Origin: Thraustochytrium aureum
Taxonomy: Eukaryota
Direction of reading: 5' to 3'
NCBI GenBank assembly: GCA_012862495.1
Contig: BLSG01000114.1
Span: 97,750-142,424, forward strand
DNA: 44,675 nucleotides
A program made the translations under genes and the position numbers. Shown piece by piece: positions 42,014-44,675 of the stretch (the first letter of the stretch is position 1; every line of letters starts with the position of its first letter). The notes under the pieces were generated by a model. That model saw only the letters and a program-made list of their open reading frames with translations. It made no database searches and was not told the origin of the DNA.

Positions 42014-42412
42014 GAGAGAAGGAGTCGATTTGCCGTCCCTTTCCGAGCGCGCTCGAGCCAGGCGCCCAGACCACAGAGGGGAGTCGAGACCCGCGCGCGC
42101 CGTGGTCCCGTGTCACAGGTCCCGGTCATCTCCGCAGCTCGAGCTCCCTACTCTAGCTAGCTCGAGCTAGAGCTGGCTCTGCCAGAGAGAGAGGGCAAGC
42201 CGGACAACAAATGAAGTAATCGGGTGCAAACAAAATCGCTGAGCGGTGATACAGTTTTTACAAGTGTCAGCGCCGAACTGGGTTGCGTGCGTCATCAAAT
42301 AGGCCCCCACAGCCTTCCTCAAGCAGGGGAGCCGAAGACAAGAAAAGTCTGGCGTATGCAGGCAGTTTCCAAGCGCGCGCCTCCACGCACGCGAGCGACA
42401 AAACAGCTCGAA

Positions 42413-42574
42413 TCAGCACACAGGGCCGCCGCCAGAGCCGTGCCCGGTCCAGTTGTCCTGGCCGCAGCTGGACCAGCCGCGCTGGTGTATGGAGCGCGCC
42501 ACGCCGGCCTGGTGCATGTCGTTCAGGTGCTTGATGCACTGCGACGCAATTTGCTTGGCGTTGTTCGCCTCGCG
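42413..42574 (-). CDS. Hypothetical protein, C-terminal fragment (rest in gap)
   Basis: REANNAKQIASQCIKHLNDMHQAGVARSIHQRGWSSCGQDNWTGHGSGGGPVC-stop, with GC3-rich codons like neighbouring genes. Confidence 0.5.
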   Translation of the reverse strand, partial: REANNAKQIASQCIKHLNDMHQAGVARSIHQRGWSSCGQDNWTGHGSGGGPVC

Positions 42575-44332
42575 CTNNNNNNNNNNNNNNNNNNNNNNNN
42601 NNNNNNNNNNNNNNNNNNNNNNNNNNNNNNNNNNNNNNNNNNNNNNNNNNNNNNNNNNNNNNNNNNNNNNNNNNNNNNNNNNNNNNNNNNNNNNNNNNNN
42701 NNNNNNNNNNNNNNNNNNNNNNNNNNNNNNNNNNNNNNNNNNNNNNNNNNNNNNNNNNNNNNNNNNNNNNNNNNNNNNNNNNNNNNNNNNNNNNNNNNNN
42801 NNNNNNNNNNNNNNNNNNNNNNNNNNNNNNNNNNNNNNNNNNNNNNNNNNNNNNNNNNNNNNNNNNNNNNNNNNNNNNNNNNNNNNNNNNNNNNNNNNNN
42901 NNNNNNNNNNNNNNNNNNNNNNNNNNNNNNNNNNNNNNNNNNNNNNNNNNNNNNNNNNNNNNNNNNNNNNNNNNNNNNNNNNNNNNNNNNNNNNNNNNNN
43001 NNNNNNNNNNNNNNNNNNNNNNNNNNNNNNNNNNNNNNNNNNNNNNNNNNNNNNNNNNNNNNNNNNNNNNNNNNNNNNNNNNNNNNNNNNNNNNNNNNNN
43101 NNNNNNNNNNNNNNNNNNNNNNNNNNNNNNNNNNNNNNNNNNNNNNNNNNNNNNNNNNNNNNNNNNNNNNNNNNNNNNNNNNNNNNNNNNNNNNNNNNNN
43201 NNNNNNNNNNNNNNNNNNNNNNNNNNNNNNNNNNNNNNNNNNNNNNNNNNNNNNNNNNNNNNNNNNNNNNNNNNNNNNNNNNNNNNNNNNNNNNNNNNNN
43301 NNNNNNNNNNNNNNNNNNNNNNNNNNNNNNNNNNNNNNNNNNNNNNNNNNNNNNNNNNNNNNNNNNNNNNNNNNNNNNNNNNNNNNNNNNNNNNNNNNNN
43401 NNNNNNNNNNNNNNNNNNNNNNNNNNNNNNNNTGCCTGTCTTGGTGGCTTGCGAGTGTCACGAGTCTTCCTGCGATGCCTTGCGGGTGGGGGAGCCTTCT
43501 GTTGAACTGGCGAGGCTGCATGCATGCTCTGCTCTGCTCTGCTCTTGCATCGAACTACCTTCCTCCTCTGAGTAGCAGGAGGTAGGTAGGTTCCCTATTG
43601 CACTACTGCCTGCGGCGATCGAGTACGTTGGTGGGGGCAGAGTAGAGTGGAGCGAAGCTTTTTTATTCAATTTCTTGCGGCGGCTTTGCTCTCTCGAGAG
43701 GCAGAGCGCTCCTCAGACGCCGAGTCGGAGTTGACCATCGTGGCCCCTTGGGCTTCCTTTGGGGCTTCGCTTTTTTATTTATTTTATTTATTTTATTTAT
43801 TTTGCCTTTTGGCGTTGGAGTGAGGCGCGGCTGGAAGAGGGATTCCCCCCGCCCCCTCGCAGGAGAGAGCGAGGTGGTTTCAGTTCAACCGCGGCTCTTT
43901 GTGCTGGCCGGCACTCGCACGGACAGGGGCGGTCTTCTGGATTCCTCCCACGCTCTCCGGCGAGCGGTAGAGAGGGCGAAACGGAATTCGAGGGTCTCAA
44001 CGGCGCCTTCCTCGGGTTTCGCAGGTGTGCGAACTGCGAACCTTCCCTCCTCCCTCCTCGCTCCTCTCTGCGTGGTACGGAGGAGAGAGGCACGGATTTG
44101 TCCGTTTCCAGACGTTTCTCCCCACCCCACGCGCGCCCTCACATCAGGACCGACCGAATTCGCACAGGGGAGGCCAGCCTTGCATCAAGGGAACGCGCGC
44201 ACACCTTCGGTCCTGGGGAACAGCGCGCAGGCGATGGTAAGAGTACTGCAGAATGCGTGCAGAAAGAGCCGGCGAAGAGGGCGCGGCGCAGGTCTGCTCG
44301 GAGGGACCCTCCTCCGTCTGCTGGCTTCGCAC

Positions 44333-44675
44333 ATGGAGGAGGCCGCGGCGGCGGACTGGGTGCTCGTTGGCCACGGTCGCTCACGCGGCGAAGCGTGCTG
44401 CCGCGGAAGCCTCCGCGCGGGGACGAGACAACGGCTAGGCGAGGCCCGCGAAGCTGACGACTGCGAAGACGCGTCGCACGATGCCTGCGAAGACGCGTCG
44501 CACGACGCCTGCGAAGACGCGTCGCACGACGCCTGCGAAGACGCGTCGCACGGTGCCAGCGACGCGGTGGCCGCGGAGGCCTTGCAGAGGCTCGAATCGA
44601 ACGGGGTCGAGGTCCTCGGCAAGCGGCTTCTCCTTCGCGCGGTCACGGCTCCGGGCGGCGCTGGCGCAGACCGGG
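44333..44675 (+). CDS. Hypothetical protein, N-terminal part running off the window (in-frame upstream ATG at 44234)
   Basis: MEEAAAADWVLVGH...EADDCEDASHDA...AVAAEALQRLESNGVEVLGKRLLLRAV is open to the window end. It is absent from the ORF track because there is no stop in the window. Confidence 0.5.
   Translation, partial: MEEAAAADWVLVGHGRSRGEACCRGSLRAGTRQRLGEAREADDCEDASHDACEDASHDACEDASHDACEDASHGASDAVAAEALQRLESNGVEVLGKRLLLRAVTAPGGAGADR
44461..44556 (+). repeat. 24-bp tandem repeat x4 (CEDASHDA)
   Basis: Unit ctgcgaagacgcgtcgcacga(c/t)gc at 44461, 44485, 44509 and 44533. Confidence 0.95.

Noticed and set aside
42170..42415. Selenocysteine readthrough at ...GPVC-TGA
   Set aside because: The downstream frame is open but not protein-like, and I found no SECIS with correct ATGA...AA...GA spacing.
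2560..43432. ORF-track entries spanning N gaps
   Set aside because: Frames across gaps are arbitrary because gap sizes are estimates. For example, 12550..14040 and 11601..13646 run across a gap separating two genes.
8312..43805. Simple repeats (GTCT)n near 8312, (AGCC)n near 31921, (GCTT)n near 36841, (ATTTT)n near 43775
   Set aside because: Ordinary intergenic microsatellites with no further structure.

Overview
GC-rich, gene-dense, intron-poor eukaryotic scaffold, roughly a quarter N across 17 gaps. Gene style and content, including motile-flagellum genes, suggest a flagellate protist, probably a stramenopile such as a thraustochytrid (inference only). About 19 protein-coding genes or fragments are supported. 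In order: GST, CoA-type Nudix hydrolase, an SH3/WH2 actin-regulator candidate, a 42-aa-TPR protein, an SLC35D-type transporter, a secreted Cys protein, an F-box protein, PSMD5-like, a membrane-anchored CRAL-TRIO protein, a CHD6-9-type remodeller, a USP, RSPH4/6 head-to-head with AK7, a hypothetical, a RING-H2 ligase, a GaaA-like D-galacturonate reductase head-to-head with cysteine synthase, and two more hypotheticals. Many genes carry 1-nt frameshifts of both signs, mostly at short homopolymers, best explained as sequencing errors. I saw no rRNA, tRNA, CRISPR array or transposase. Best leads: the SH3 + CCDC53-like + tandem WH2/C-like protein, the TPR protein with a gap-hidden N-terminal domain, the RSPH4/6-AK7 divergent pair, a 53-bp block-structured intergenic repeat, and recurrent (AGCT)n/CTAG palindromes between convergent genes. 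All family calls come from motif recognition by eye, not database searches.
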